In this document: positions 10,027-19,509 of the stretch, one piece after another
Numbering within the stretch: the first letter of the stretch is position 1
Layout: every line of letters starts with the position of its first letter
Assembly (NCBI GenBank): GCA_039799905.1
Contig: JBDLRP010000042.1
Coordinates: forward strand, 1 to 64,000
Reading direction: 5' to 3'
Source of the DNA: Pseudomonadota bacterium
GTDB taxonomy: Bacteria > Bdellovibrionota_B > Oligoflexia > Silvanigrellales > Silvanigrellaceae
DNA length: 64,000 nucleotides
Program-made: the position numbers and the translations under genes
The notes under the pieces: model-generated
Database searches by the model: none
What the model saw: only the letters and a program-made list of their open reading frames with translations
What the model was told of the DNA's origin: nothing

Positions 10027-10692
10027 TCACGGCCAGCGGAGTTCGACGCGTGCTACCGGAGACTGGGCCGTAAATTCGGCAACAGTCGGCACTTTTTGCG
10101 CGTCGTTTTCTTTCTGGAGGGCAGTTTCCGGAAAATCAAAAACCAACAGATAATCCTGCGACCACTGATGGATATGCGAAAAGAAAGGCTTCAGCGGAGT
10201 CTTGTCGTTCACACGCCGAACATACATGGGGGCCTGCTGATTGGGACCAATGCGAAGTGTCAGCGACCACAAAGATTTGTCGTCCAAATCCAGATAAGCG
10301 CCCTCGGGTGTAAACACGCTCACAAGCATCCCGAGTCGGACACCGCCGGAGGAGTCGGTCAGAACAGACAGACCGTCGGTGTTGCCGCGCAGCCGCGCGA
10401 GACGCTCGGCAACAGCACGCCGCATTTCATCGGCAAGCAGAACTGCAGATATTTCGACGCGATTTTGGAACTTTGAAAAAACATGAACCTTGCGTGTCCA
10501 GCGCTCCACAACCGGCGCGTATTGATGGTCTTCGACGGGTGAAGGCGGAACACTTGCACTACCGCCGCCAGTCACACAACCCGACTGCGTCGATGCCAGC
10601 AAAAGCAGCCCCGCGAAAAGCGTCGAAAAACCGACACTCCGCAACGAACCACTGGAGCAGTTCAGACGGTTTTTGTCAGACGGCTGTGACAC
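10027..10692 (-). CDS. Hypothetical lipoprotein
   Basis: GGGAGG RBS and GTG 10692 overlapping the upstream stop; hydrophobic stretch ends in QSG-C. Confidence 0.72.
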   Translation of the reverse strand: MSQPSDKNRLNCSSGSLRSVGFSTLFAGLLLLASTQSGCVTGGGSASVPPSPVEDHQYAPVVERWTRKVHVFSKFQNRVEISAVLLADEMRRAVAERLARLRGNTDGLSVLTDSSGGVRLGMLVSVFTPEGAYLDLDDKSLWSLTLRIGPNQQAPMYVRRVNDKTPLKPFFSHIHQWSQDYLLVFDFPETALQKENDAQKVPTVAEFTAQSPVARVELRWP

Positions 10693-11593
10693 GGTTACGC
10701 CCTCCCTGCTTTGAATGATAAAGGCGCGAATCGGCCAGCCTGATGAGTTCCTGAGCAGATGCGAGTGGCTCCGCTCCGACCATTTCGCGAGCATTGGCTA
10801 CGCCCAGACTGACCGTGACAGGAATTGAATGACCTTCATACTCAACCGTTGTCTGTTCGACAGAACGACGGATGCGTTCGGCAAGAGCCACCGCATCGTG
10901 GATGGGTGAGGACGTCAACACACAAAACTCTTCGCCGCCAAAGCGGGCGAATGTGTCAGCCGTGCCGATGAGAGGTTTGATTGCAGCGCATACTTCCTTC
11001 AAAACGATATCGCCCGCATCGTGTCCGTATGTATCATTGACGGATTTGAACTTGTCCAAATCGATCATGATGAATGACAGCTCGCCGGTGCCGGCCTTAA
11101 TGTGCCTGAATTCTTCTTCAAGGCGCTCCATCGCGTATTCGCGGCGAAAAACATCAAGCATTCTGTCCTGAACGGCCATCCGATAGATGCGGTCAAAAAG
11201 CAATTGATCGGCGCTGCCGTGCGTAAAGTAACGCAACCTGACGTTGCCGACGCGGAGCATATCGCCATGAGCAAGCTCAGCGCTTTGCATGACACGGATG
11301 TCGTTTACAAAGGTGTGGTTCAAGCTTCCAAGATCCGTGACAGTGGCTTTTGTTCCATGAAAGTCGATGCGGCAGTGTTCGCGCGACACGCTGGAGTCAT
11401 CAATCCAGACCTGCACTTTGTCTGCGCGCCGGCCTAACACGGCACCCGATGTTTGAAGCACAAAGCGTTTTCCGGCGGCGCCGCCGTCGTACTGAAGAAG
11501 CACGGGAGACGTGTTGCGACTTTGCCCGCCGGTCAGCGACTGCGTCGAGGAGGCAACTACGGTTTTGTCGTCATTTGGCCTGTCGTCTGACAT
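10676..11593 (-). CDS. FHA-GGDEF diguanylate cyclase (DgcB-like architecture)
   Basis: FHA residues LGR, VSREH and GSLNHTFVN; GGDEF domain DLDKFKSVNDTYGHDAGD, RFGGEEF and GRNRV. Confidence 0.93.
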   Translation of the reverse strand: MSDDRPNDDKTVVASSTQSLTGGQSRNTSPVLLQYDGGAAGKRFVLQTSGAVLGRRADKVQVWIDDSSVSREHCRIDFHGTKATVTDLGSLNHTFVNDIRVMQSAELAHGDMLRVGNVRLRYFTHGSADQLLFDRIYRMAVQDRMLDVFRREYAMERLEEEFRHIKAGTGELSFIMIDLDKFKSVNDTYGHDAGDIVLKEVCAAIKPLIGTADTFARFGGEEFCVLTSSPIHDAVALAERIRRSVEQTTVEYEGHSIPVTVSLGVANAREMVGAEPLASAQELIRLADSRLYHSKQGGRNRVTAV

Positions 11594-11666
11594 CGATCAG
11601 CGGCTCCGTGTAACTAAACTCCCAACATCATATCAGACGCCGAGATGAAAACGGAACCAGCAGGCC

Positions 11667-13328
11667 TCACAGACCGCTCACCATCTTGACACCGATGACG
11701 TTGGGCAATTTTCTCATGCCGGCAAGAAGTTCCTGCTCCAGCGTGCCATCTATGCGAATCAGCGACATTGCCATTCCGCCCCGGCGGTTTCGCGAAAGTT
11801 CGAATTGCGCAATGTTGATTTGGTTGCGCGCCAGATAGGAGCCGATGTCGCCAATCACACCCGGGCGGTCGTGATTTTGCAAAACGAGCATCTCGCCTTC
11901 GGGTTCAATTTCAAACAAGAAATCATTGATGGAACACAAACGTGGATGCTCATTGCCAAACAACACCGCACCTACGGATGTTTTTTCATGGGCTGCCGAG
12001 CCCTCCACGCGCAACTCCATACCGTTGCGGCGGACACTCGAGTCAGCACCTGCAAACTCTACAAGCAACTCGAGGCCGCGGCGCGACAACAGACGTTCCG
12101 CATTCACGTAGCTGACGTATTCATCGCTGCTCGGCGAGACGAAACCTTTGACGGCAGACAAGCGCAACAGTTGCAGTTCTTCGGCCTTGAGATCGGCACT
12201 GACCATCAGCCTCAGCTGACGTGGGTTGAAGTCGCAGATCTGTGCCGCCACGCGACCCACTTTTTCGGCCAGCACCGCAAAACGGCGCGAGGATTCAGTT
12301 CCGAGCACGGAAACATGCGGAAGATTTACCGGCGTGTCGACAATTTCACCACGCAGGGCTTTGAGCGTCTGCACCGCAACAGTCTGGCCGATACGGAACT
12401 GCGCCTCGTGCGTGCTCGCTCCGATGTGCGGAGTGACGACAACATTTTTGTGGCCGACCAGCTCGGCAAGCGGTTTTGGCTCATTGTCGAAGGTATCGAT
12501 GCCGGCCCCTGAAATGTAACCTTCATTGAGAAGTTTCAGCAGTGCCTTTTCATTGATGATTCCGCCACGTGCCGCATTCAGAACAACCGCGCCCTTGCGC
12601 AATTTGCGCAACTCAATTTCACCGATCATTCCCTTTGTTTCTTTATTGAGGGGAGTGTGAACGGTGAGCACGTCGCATTCGGCGAGCATTTCTTCGAGCG
12701 TGGTGCGACGTTCGGCGCCATTGCGGCGGAACACATCTTCAGCGATGTACGGATCGTATGCCAAGACGCGCATGTCGAACGAACGGCAGAATTTCGCAAC
12801 CCGGTGGCCTACGTTGCCCAGACCGACGATGCCGATTGTCTTTTCTAGCAATTCCGTGCCGGTGAACTCATGACGATTCCAGCCACCCGCGGACGTTGAA
12901 GCATGTGCACGGGGAATATTGCGGATAACAGACAAGAGCAATCCGAGCGTGAGCTCGGCGGCAGAGTTGGTATTCTTGCCCGGTGTGTTGAGAACCAAAA
13001 CACCCGCTTCCGTTGCTGCTTCGACGTCGATATTTCCGTATCCAACCGCCGCGCGCGCCACGACACTCAACTGCTTGCCAGCAAGTAGGACCTCTTTGTC
13101 GACGTCAGTTTCAGAACGCGAAACGAGCACGTGTGCGTCCGCCACCTCGCTCAGTAGCAACTCGCGGGTACAATCCGGATGATAGGCAATTTCAATTGGC
13201 AGCGCAGGTGCGAGTTCAGGCGGTGGCTGGGTCAGAAGTTCAAGCGCCACATCATGAAGTTTTCCCGTGATGAGAATCTTTATTTTCTGCGGGGCCTGAC
13301 TTCCCGTCGTTTGACGCAACATTTTCAT
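11667..13328 (-). CDS. serA: D-3-phosphoglycerate dehydrogenase (long form with ACT domain)
   Basis: RAAVGYGNID, GIVGLGNVG, NAARGG and TPHIGAST; C-terminal DRPGVIG ACT domain. Confidence 0.93.
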   Translation of the reverse strand: MKMLRQTTGSQAPQKIKILITGKLHDVALELLTQPPPELAPALPIEIAYHPDCTRELLLSEVADAHVLVSRSETDVDKEVLLAGKQLSVVARAAVGYGNIDVEAATEAGVLVLNTPGKNTNSAAELTLGLLLSVIRNIPRAHASTSAGGWNRHEFTGTELLEKTIGIVGLGNVGHRVAKFCRSFDMRVLAYDPYIAEDVFRRNGAERRTTLEEMLAECDVLTVHTPLNKETKGMIGEIELRKLRKGAVVLNAARGGIINEKALLKLLNEGYISGAGIDTFDNEPKPLAELVGHKNVVVTPHIGASTHEAQFRIGQTVAVQTLKALRGEIVDTPVNLPHVSVLGTESSRRFAVLAEKVGRVAAQICDFNPRQLRLMVSADLKAEELQLLRLSAVKGFVSPSSDEYVSYVNAERLLSRRGLELLVEFAGADSSVRRNGMELRVEGSAAHEKTSVGAVLFGNEHPRLCSINDFLFEIEPEGEMLVLQNHDRPGVIGDIGSYLARNQINIAQFELSRNRRGGMAMSLIRIDGTLEQELLAGMRKLPNVIGVKMVSGL

Positions 13329-13344
13329 CTCCCTCAAAATTTCT

Positions 13345-15189
13345 TCACTCCAGCAGCGAGGCCGCGTCCGAGGACGCCATCCACTGCGGCAGGATCAGAT
13401 CGGGGCTACCACGCGCGGCGAGCCTGCCCTGCTCCATGACCAAGACTTGCTGACAATCTTGTACTGTTTCCAGCCGATGGGCAATTACGAGAACAGTTTT
13501 GCCGCGGAAGAGTTCACGGACTGCAATCTGAATTGCAGCATCGGTTTCAGGGTCGACGCTGGCGGTTGGTTCGTCCATGAGGATGACAGGGGCATCAAGC
13601 AAAAGCGCACGGGCAAAGCAGATCAGCTGACGCTGCCCGACAGAAATGTTCGCCCCGCGCTCCAGCACCGGGCTATCCAGTCCGGCAGGCCACGCGGCCT
13701 TTATGAAATCAGCCAGACGAACCGCACGCAACGCATCCCAAAGGCGGTCGTCCGCATGCACACCCAGACGATCTAGATTGTGCCGCAAGGTACCCGCAAA
13801 GAGATGCGGCTCCTGTGGAACAATGGCAAACAAGCGGCGTGCCTCGGTCAGCGGCATCTCGCTCAGCGCGATCCCGCCAACCCGAACTGACCCCGAATCG
13901 ACGTCGAGCATCTGATAAAGTGCCTGAAAAAGTGTCGATTTACCTGCGCCGGTGCGACCAATAATTCCAACCCGCTGGCCGGCGGGAATTGTCAGCGACA
14001 CACTCGAGAGCACCAATGGCAGACCGCTGCGGTAACGGGCGGAGTATGCGTCAAACGCAATCTCTCGCGCTGTTTGAGGCTCCACTCTCGAGCCTGCGTG
14101 CGACGCCGCAACCGGATGCTGCCCTCGCTCTGTCGGCAGATTCCGGTATTCCAAAATTCTCTCCAGCGAGACCATGGTGGATTCGATCATCGAAAAACTG
14201 CGAGTGAGCCACTGCATGGTTCCGTCCAGACCAATCGACAGACTCATCAAAAAACCTGCAACACCGGCTCCCATTTTCCCTTCAGCCAGAGCCCAGATGA
14301 CGAATAACGTAACAATCAATCCAAATAACTCGGACGTCACCTTAAGACGGACGTTGAGCCAGCGGGTCATGCGGTTTTGCGCCAGAAAAGAGAGCGCATA
14401 GCGCATCTGAAGATCGCGCAGGCGGGTCTGAAATTCACCGACGCGTCCATAGCAGCGGATGGTCTGCAGGCCGGCAACACACTCGGTGAACACCGACCAA
14501 AATGGCGTCTCCAGCACCTTGCTCAGCCGCTGAATCTCGCGACTGGCAGGACGAAACTGAGACTGAATCCGAACATAGACGAGCGCACATGGAAAGCAGG
14601 AAAAACACGCCAGCGGGGCCTGCAATCCGACCAAAACGAATATCCAAAGAATTTCTGCAATACAGCCAAAAATGTCGTTTACATAGTTCGGAATTTCAAC
14701 CAACAGATTGGCATAATCACCGCTGAACCTGCGGACGATTCGTCCCGTCGGCTGTTCGTCGTAAAAAGTGACTGGCACCTGAGCGAGATTTTCGACGACC
14801 CTGTCGTGCATCGCGCGGCCTCCGCGCGCGAGAAAGCCGGTCACAAAAGTCCAGACGAAAGCCCGGTAAACGATTGCAAACAAAATAAAGAACATCAGCG
14901 ACGAAAGGCCACGCTGCGGCGAACTCTCGCTGAAAAAACGCCGTATGGATGATTCCAAACCGCGCGGATCGGCGCACGCCGACACTGTGCAACCCTCGAC
15001 CCACAACGAAACAAGCCAGCGGAATCCGTTGGCAAAGAAGTTTTCGCTGATGATGAGGAACAAAAGGACCGGCGCGACCCAGCCGATGCCTTGCACCGAC
15101 GACAGATATCGTGAGTAAAATCCGACACCCAATTCACCGGTGCCGCGTGTTTCCCTTGCAACAAAACCGCTTCCGGCAGGTTGGCTCAC
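13345..15189 (-). CDS. ABCC/MRP-like ABC transporter, C-terminal half (TMD2-NBD2)
   Basis: FYD..PTGRIVRRFSGD, RWLNVRL, VSLERILEY, GRTGAGKS, NISVGQRQL, DEPTASVD and IAHRL. Confidence 0.9.
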   Translation of the reverse strand: MSQPAGSGFVARETRGTGELGVGFYSRYLSSVQGIGWVAPVLLFLIISENFFANGFRWLVSLWVEGCTVSACADPRGLESSIRRFFSESSPQRGLSSLMFFILFAIVYRAFVWTFVTGFLARGGRAMHDRVVENLAQVPVTFYDEQPTGRIVRRFSGDYANLLVEIPNYVNDIFGCIAEILWIFVLVGLQAPLACFSCFPCALVYVRIQSQFRPASREIQRLSKVLETPFWSVFTECVAGLQTIRCYGRVGEFQTRLRDLQMRYALSFLAQNRMTRWLNVRLKVTSELFGLIVTLFVIWALAEGKMGAGVAGFLMSLSIGLDGTMQWLTRSFSMIESTMVSLERILEYRNLPTERGQHPVAASHAGSRVEPQTAREIAFDAYSARYRSGLPLVLSSVSLTIPAGQRVGIIGRTGAGKSTLFQALYQMLDVDSGSVRVGGIALSEMPLTEARRLFAIVPQEPHLFAGTLRHNLDRLGVHADDRLWDALRAVRLADFIKAAWPAGLDSPVLERGANISVGQRQLICFARALLLDAPVILMDEPTASVDPETDAAIQIAVRELFRGKTVLVIAHRLETVQDCQQVLVMEQGRLAARGSPDLILPQWMASSDAASLLE

Positions 15190-17240
15190 TTCGTCCCCCG
15201 TGCAAGCAGTTTATTCAGGCGGGTGCCATCTCTATTCAGCTCCGGCCAGCACCCCTGCTCAACGATTTCACCATTATCCAACACGATGATGAGCTGCGCA
15301 TTTTTTAGATGCTCCATGCGGTGAGTTGCCCAAATCAGCGTCGCCGGCGCCCCCCACTCTTTTGCCAAGAGCTCAGCAAAAAGCAGGTCTTCGGTCTGGG
15401 TGTCCACCGCACTCAACGGGTCGTCCAACAAAACCAGCTGGCGCTGCGCATATTCGGCACGCGCCAAACTCAAACGCTGTTTTTGACCGCCTGAAAGGTT
15501 GACCCCACGCTCTCCAAGCTCGGTCGACAGTCCCGCCGGCAGGATGCTCACGTCAGCTGCCAGCTGAGCACGCTCAAGAGCATTGACCACACGCGCATCA
15601 AATTTTTCATCCCATTCATTTTCCGCCAAATAACGCAGCGGGACATTCTCGCGCACCGTTGCTGCAGCGACAAAAGCCTCTTGCGGAACAAAGGTTTGAA
15701 AGCGGCGCAACAAATTCAACGCCTGCAGACAGTGCACCGGCCAGCGGACACTCCGGTGCGATCCGTTCTTCAGGTGAACCCGCGCCAACACATAAACAGA
15801 CCCGCGTGACGGCGTGATTTCACCCATCAGTGTCTGCAGCAAAACAGACTTTCCTGCTCCCACCGGACCGACTATGGCGGTGAGACTACCTGCAGGAATC
15901 CTGCAACTGACATTGCGCAGTGCAGCGGCACTTTGTTCTGGCCACTCGACCCAGACATTTTCAAGTTCAAAAGAAAAATTTTCTGCTGAGATGATGTCCT
16001 GATCTGCAATACTCTCGTCAGCCGGCAGTGCGAAACCACGCTGAGCAAATTGCTCCTCCTGCAACTTTTGCGAAAAGAGTTTTTGCATTCGTTCGCTGCC
16101 GACAACCGCCTCCGAATAAATACGCACAAACCACGGCAATGGATTGAGCTGCTGCCCCAAGATGGAAGACAGCCAGATGGCCGCAAAAACCTGACTCGCG
16201 GAATGACCGCTGCGAAACCAGAGGAAGCCGCCAAAGACACCAAGCGCAACAAGCATCCACCACGATGTCGAGAGCGCATATGAAGAGCTGTAGTGCGCCT
16301 TGAGTTTGAGATCTTGATGAAATTCCCGACGCGCGGCATGTGAGATGTCACTGACAAACCGCTCCGACCAGCCGAAATACCGCACCAGCCGTGCTGCCTG
16401 AATCCATTCGGTCACCAGTGATAAACGGTGATCGCTGCGTCGCATCAGTTCATTGTGAAAGGCTCTGCCCAGCCGCGAAAAAAACACGGACACGGGAATC
16501 TGCAAGAGGAGAATAAGCAGCGCGACGAACGCAGCCGGACCCACCATCGACCACATAATTAAAACAATCAACGTAGAGCTGAAAAAGAGAACCGGAAAAT
16601 CAACTGCGGCGTGGGCGTAAAACTCCGCAACGTGACGCGCATCCGTTTGCGCAATGTTGACTATGTCGGCGGTCGGAAAACGCGCCTTTGCATCGCGCGA
16701 CATGTTCAATACAAATTCATTGAGCCAACGGGTGAGGGTCGCCTGCACACGAAACACCACGAGAGTTTCGCGTTCAATTTTCTGCGCGTGCAGACTGGCC
16801 GACACCACATTGAGAAGAAAGACACCCGCGGCGAGAAGAACTCCGCTCAGCACTTTTTCGCTGACCGGCACATTCTGATTGCCATCTTCAAAAACTTTCA
16901 GCACTTGAATCGCCATCAGTGCAGCAGCGATGGAGAACAATACATCGGTCATGTGAATGGCAAACATCTTCCACAAGGAGATACGCTCACAGCGGGCAAT
17001 AAAGCGCATCACCGAAGAACGGAGCTGCGGCAAAGCGGGCAGCATTGCCGACGGGTAGTCGTGCCGATCGGAAAAGATGCGCTTGACCCAGAGAAGTTTG
17101 CCGACATCCTCAATCTCTGCCGGCCGCTCCTTCAGGTCACGCATCAGCGGGTTGATGTCTGAAAACGCAAATCTCTGCCAGAGGCCTGTAGCCAAAGGCA
17201 GAGATTCAGGAACATGCAGCCAGCGTCTTATCACGTTCAT
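15186..17240 (-). CDS. ABCC/MRP-like ABC transporter, N-terminal half (TMD1-NBD1)
   Basis: TMD followed by GPVGAGKS, VPQ, LGERGVNLSGGQKQR and LLDDPLSAVD; ATGA overlap with the downstream half. Confidence 0.9.
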   Translation of the reverse strand: MNVIRRWLHVPESLPLATGLWQRFAFSDINPLMRDLKERPAEIEDVGKLLWVKRIFSDRHDYPSAMLPALPQLRSSVMRFIARCERISLWKMFAIHMTDVLFSIAAALMAIQVLKVFEDGNQNVPVSEKVLSGVLLAAGVFLLNVVSASLHAQKIERETLVVFRVQATLTRWLNEFVLNMSRDAKARFPTADIVNIAQTDARHVAEFYAHAAVDFPVLFFSSTLIVLIMWSMVGPAAFVALLILLLQIPVSVFFSRLGRAFHNELMRRSDHRLSLVTEWIQAARLVRYFGWSERFVSDISHAARREFHQDLKLKAHYSSSYALSTSWWMLVALGVFGGFLWFRSGHSASQVFAAIWLSSILGQQLNPLPWFVRIYSEAVVGSERMQKLFSQKLQEEQFAQRGFALPADESIADQDIISAENFSFELENVWVEWPEQSAAALRNVSCRIPAGSLTAIVGPVGAGKSVLLQTLMGEITPSRGSVYVLARVHLKNGSHRSVRWPVHCLQALNLLRRFQTFVPQEAFVAAATVRENVPLRYLAENEWDEKFDARVVNALERAQLAADVSILPAGLSTELGERGVNLSGGQKQRLSLARAEYAQRQLVLLDDPLSAVDTQTEDLLFAELLAKEWGAPATLIWATHRMEHLKNAQLIIVLDNGEIVEQGCWPELNRDGTRLNKLLARGTK

Positions 17241-17244
17241 AGAA

Positions 17245-17658
17245 TTATGGATTTACGATCGTTCTTTGTGCGCTCGAGGGTATCGAGGGATTATCTGCAC
17301 CAGCCTGACAAAACTCTTCGATGAAGGTCGGCCCCACTTCGGCATCGTAAGTCCAGAGCGTTTGCACCTTCACACCAGATACACTGACTTGGCAACCCTT
17401 GACCAAACCTTCAGTCTTGCAACCTGCCGACTGCGACCAGCTGCCCTCGGATTCTGTGCAAATCGTCTTGGGATCGGCACCTGGTGTTGCTGTCCCTGTC
17501 GAATAGTATTCGTAACATTGCTTGGCATCGTTGTAGAAGCAGGACGAAAGATTCACACTCGGAATAGCTGCGCTGTCTTTAGCCTTGCTGCAAGCTATAG
17601 CAACAAAACCTAGCACTAGGCCAGAAGCAAGGGCAACACTGTATTTCATATTGTCCAT
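17245..17658 (-). CDS. Cys-rich lipoprotein
   Basis: Signal peptide ends in AIA-C; six further Cys. Start is 17658 or 17649. Confidence 0.72.
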   Translation of the reverse strand: MDNMKYSVALASGLVLGFVAIACSKAKDSAAIPSVNLSSCFYNDAKQCYEYYSTGTATPGADPKTICTESEGSWSQSAGCKTEGLVKGCQVSVSGVKVQTLWTYDAEVGPTFIEEFCQAGADNPSIPSSAQRTIVNP

Positions 17659-17739
17659 CCTGTTACGCTGTAAGTCGTGAAATGAAACGAGCCGGAACTC
17701 TACCACCATTGCCGGATTGCGGAAAGGGAAACGCACCCT

Positions 17740-18789
17740 ATGAAAAGTGTAGCGCTCAGCGGGATGTCGGAAATGCTCGCAAACCGCTTGGCAGTTTTGG
17801 ATTCATCAGCTCCCGAACTGCCTGCGGATTTGTTTCAGCTCTGGCAACTGTGCTGGCTTGCGCATGCGGGTGGCTGCGGACTTTCCGAAAATCAGCAGAG
17901 AATCATGAAGAACCTCGCGTTTTCACGCAGTGCGAAGTCCGCTTTGGAGTCTATCCAGCTGGGATGGATGAAGGCACGCGGCTTTCCTGCCTTGCCGCAT
18001 GAAGAATGTGATTTCACCATCGGCGAATTTTTTCGCATGTCGCAGCGGCTCTTTGCTGCAAATCCGCCGTTCCCACCTGAGGCTGAATTCATCTTCAGTT
18101 TTTTGCAAGTGACTTGCGAACTCCCTCCAGAACAGAAAGAAAATTTTCTGAAGCTTTTCTCACGCGCACTCACTCACAAAGGCCACCGAACGCTGACAGT
18201 CGTCCGCAAGACATTCGACACGCAGTGGATGGACATCGCGGATGAATGTGTCCGTTTTGAAAAAGCCTTGTACGATTCGAATCATTCAGTCCAAGTGAAT
18301 TTCACGTTACTTTTGCTGCCAAGCCCGTTGCAAACTCCGATGAGCTGGATGCTGAGAGGCGATTCTCCGAACGAGTTGTCAAATATCTTCATCGGGTGGC
18401 CGAGCGGACATTGTGACCTATCCCTCGCCGAACAACACGCACTGCTGGCCCACGAACTTGAGCACTGCAGACAACTCGCACTTGAGGCATCCAGTCTTTC
18501 AAAGCTCAGTGTCCATCAGCGCGAGCTGGAAGCCCTCAAATGCGAATGGACGCAACTCAATGCAACGTGTGTTTGTTTGCCGTCGGGGGAGGCCAAGACC
18601 ATTCTTCGACAATGGCAAGAAACCCATTCAATTCATCAACTGCAAATTTTCAAAAGGGACCTTGTGATGTATCGCAGTGCACTGGAGGGTGAAAGTGCAA
18701 ATGATGATTTCATCCCGCTGAGACTGCCGTTTGCATCTCTGCACTATGCCATCTGTGCAGGAATGGCTCAGCGCACATCCTTGCAATAG
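17740..18789 (+). CDS. Putative zinc metallopeptidase-like protein (HExxH)
   Basis: LLAHELEHC motif with a downstream ELEA glutamate; otherwise unrecognised. Confidence 0.55.
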   Translation: MKSVALSGMSEMLANRLAVLDSSAPELPADLFQLWQLCWLAHAGGCGLSENQQRIMKNLAFSRSAKSALESIQLGWMKARGFPALPHEECDFTIGEFFRMSQRLFAANPPFPPEAEFIFSFLQVTCELPPEQKENFLKLFSRALTHKGHRTLTVVRKTFDTQWMDIADECVRFEKALYDSNHSVQVNFTLLLLPSPLQTPMSWMLRGDSPNELSNIFIGWPSGHCDLSLAEQHALLAHELEHCRQLALEASSLSKLSVHQRELEALKCEWTQLNATCVCLPSGEAKTILRQWQETHSIHQLQIFKRDLVMYRSALEGESANDDFIPLRLPFASLHYAICAGMAQRTSLQ

Positions 18790-19235
18790 GCCAACCAATC
18801 GGCATCAGAAATTCCGCAGTAGCGACGGTTGAAATGAAACGCGCACCACTCCGACTTTGCCGATTTTGCAGGACTGCTCGCACAGTCGTTGCCGGCTGCG
18901 GGTGACGCTGTACAAGCTTTTCTCAATTTTTCGCCAACACCCGCCTGCCAGCAACCGCCATCACATGCCTGTCCCCAGTTGCGCTGCTTGCAGCACGAGC
19001 GGAGCTCGGCAACTGCAGGTTCACTCCCAGCGGGACACGCCCCTTCGGTGACAGCAGGTGCATCGTTTCTTGAGGGCTGGGTCTGCACTGGAATCACCGT
19101 CTCCGTTGGCTGAACAGTTGCCTTCTTCACAGCGCGGATGTCGTCGGCCGGCTGCACGCACGCCGATACAAGCGCCAACATCATTGTGCAAAATGAGAGT
19201 CTCAGTGACTTGTTTGAGTTGAACACGGCAAACAC
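18768..19235 (-). CDS. Cys-rich lipoprotein
   Basis: LVSA-C lipobox, Pro/Thr linker, then 10 Cys in about 90 aa. Confidence 0.7.
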   Translation of the reverse strand: MFAVFNSNKSLRLSFCTMMLALVSACVQPADDIRAVKKATVQPTETVIPVQTQPSRNDAPAVTEGACPAGSEPAVAELRSCCKQRNWGQACDGGCWQAGVGEKLRKACTASPAAGNDCASSPAKSAKSEWCAFHFNRRYCGISDADWLAYCKDVR

Positions 19236-19509
19236 CGCCCGGCTGATCGTTGTTAAAGTTCACTCTGCTTGAAGTGAGTTTATCAGGTCATGAGAACATT
19301 AGGGTGACGCCGACGTTCTCAGCTCCGAGTATGAGCGGAAAAAGTGACACTTGTGCAGAACCTTCCCAGCCGTACGGGTAGACAGCCAGCATGTTTATAA
19401 TCCAGTTTAAACGGTGAGTTATGTAAAAATAAAGATAAATCAACAGACTTATCTGTATACCTTTTTGAAAATCGTCCGATAAGCAGACCAAAGTTCACGG
19501 GGTAACGCC

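Noticed and set aside
9021..10073. 350-aa plus-strand ORF
   Set aside because: Antisense shadow of the Ser/Thr kinase; no recognisable motifs.
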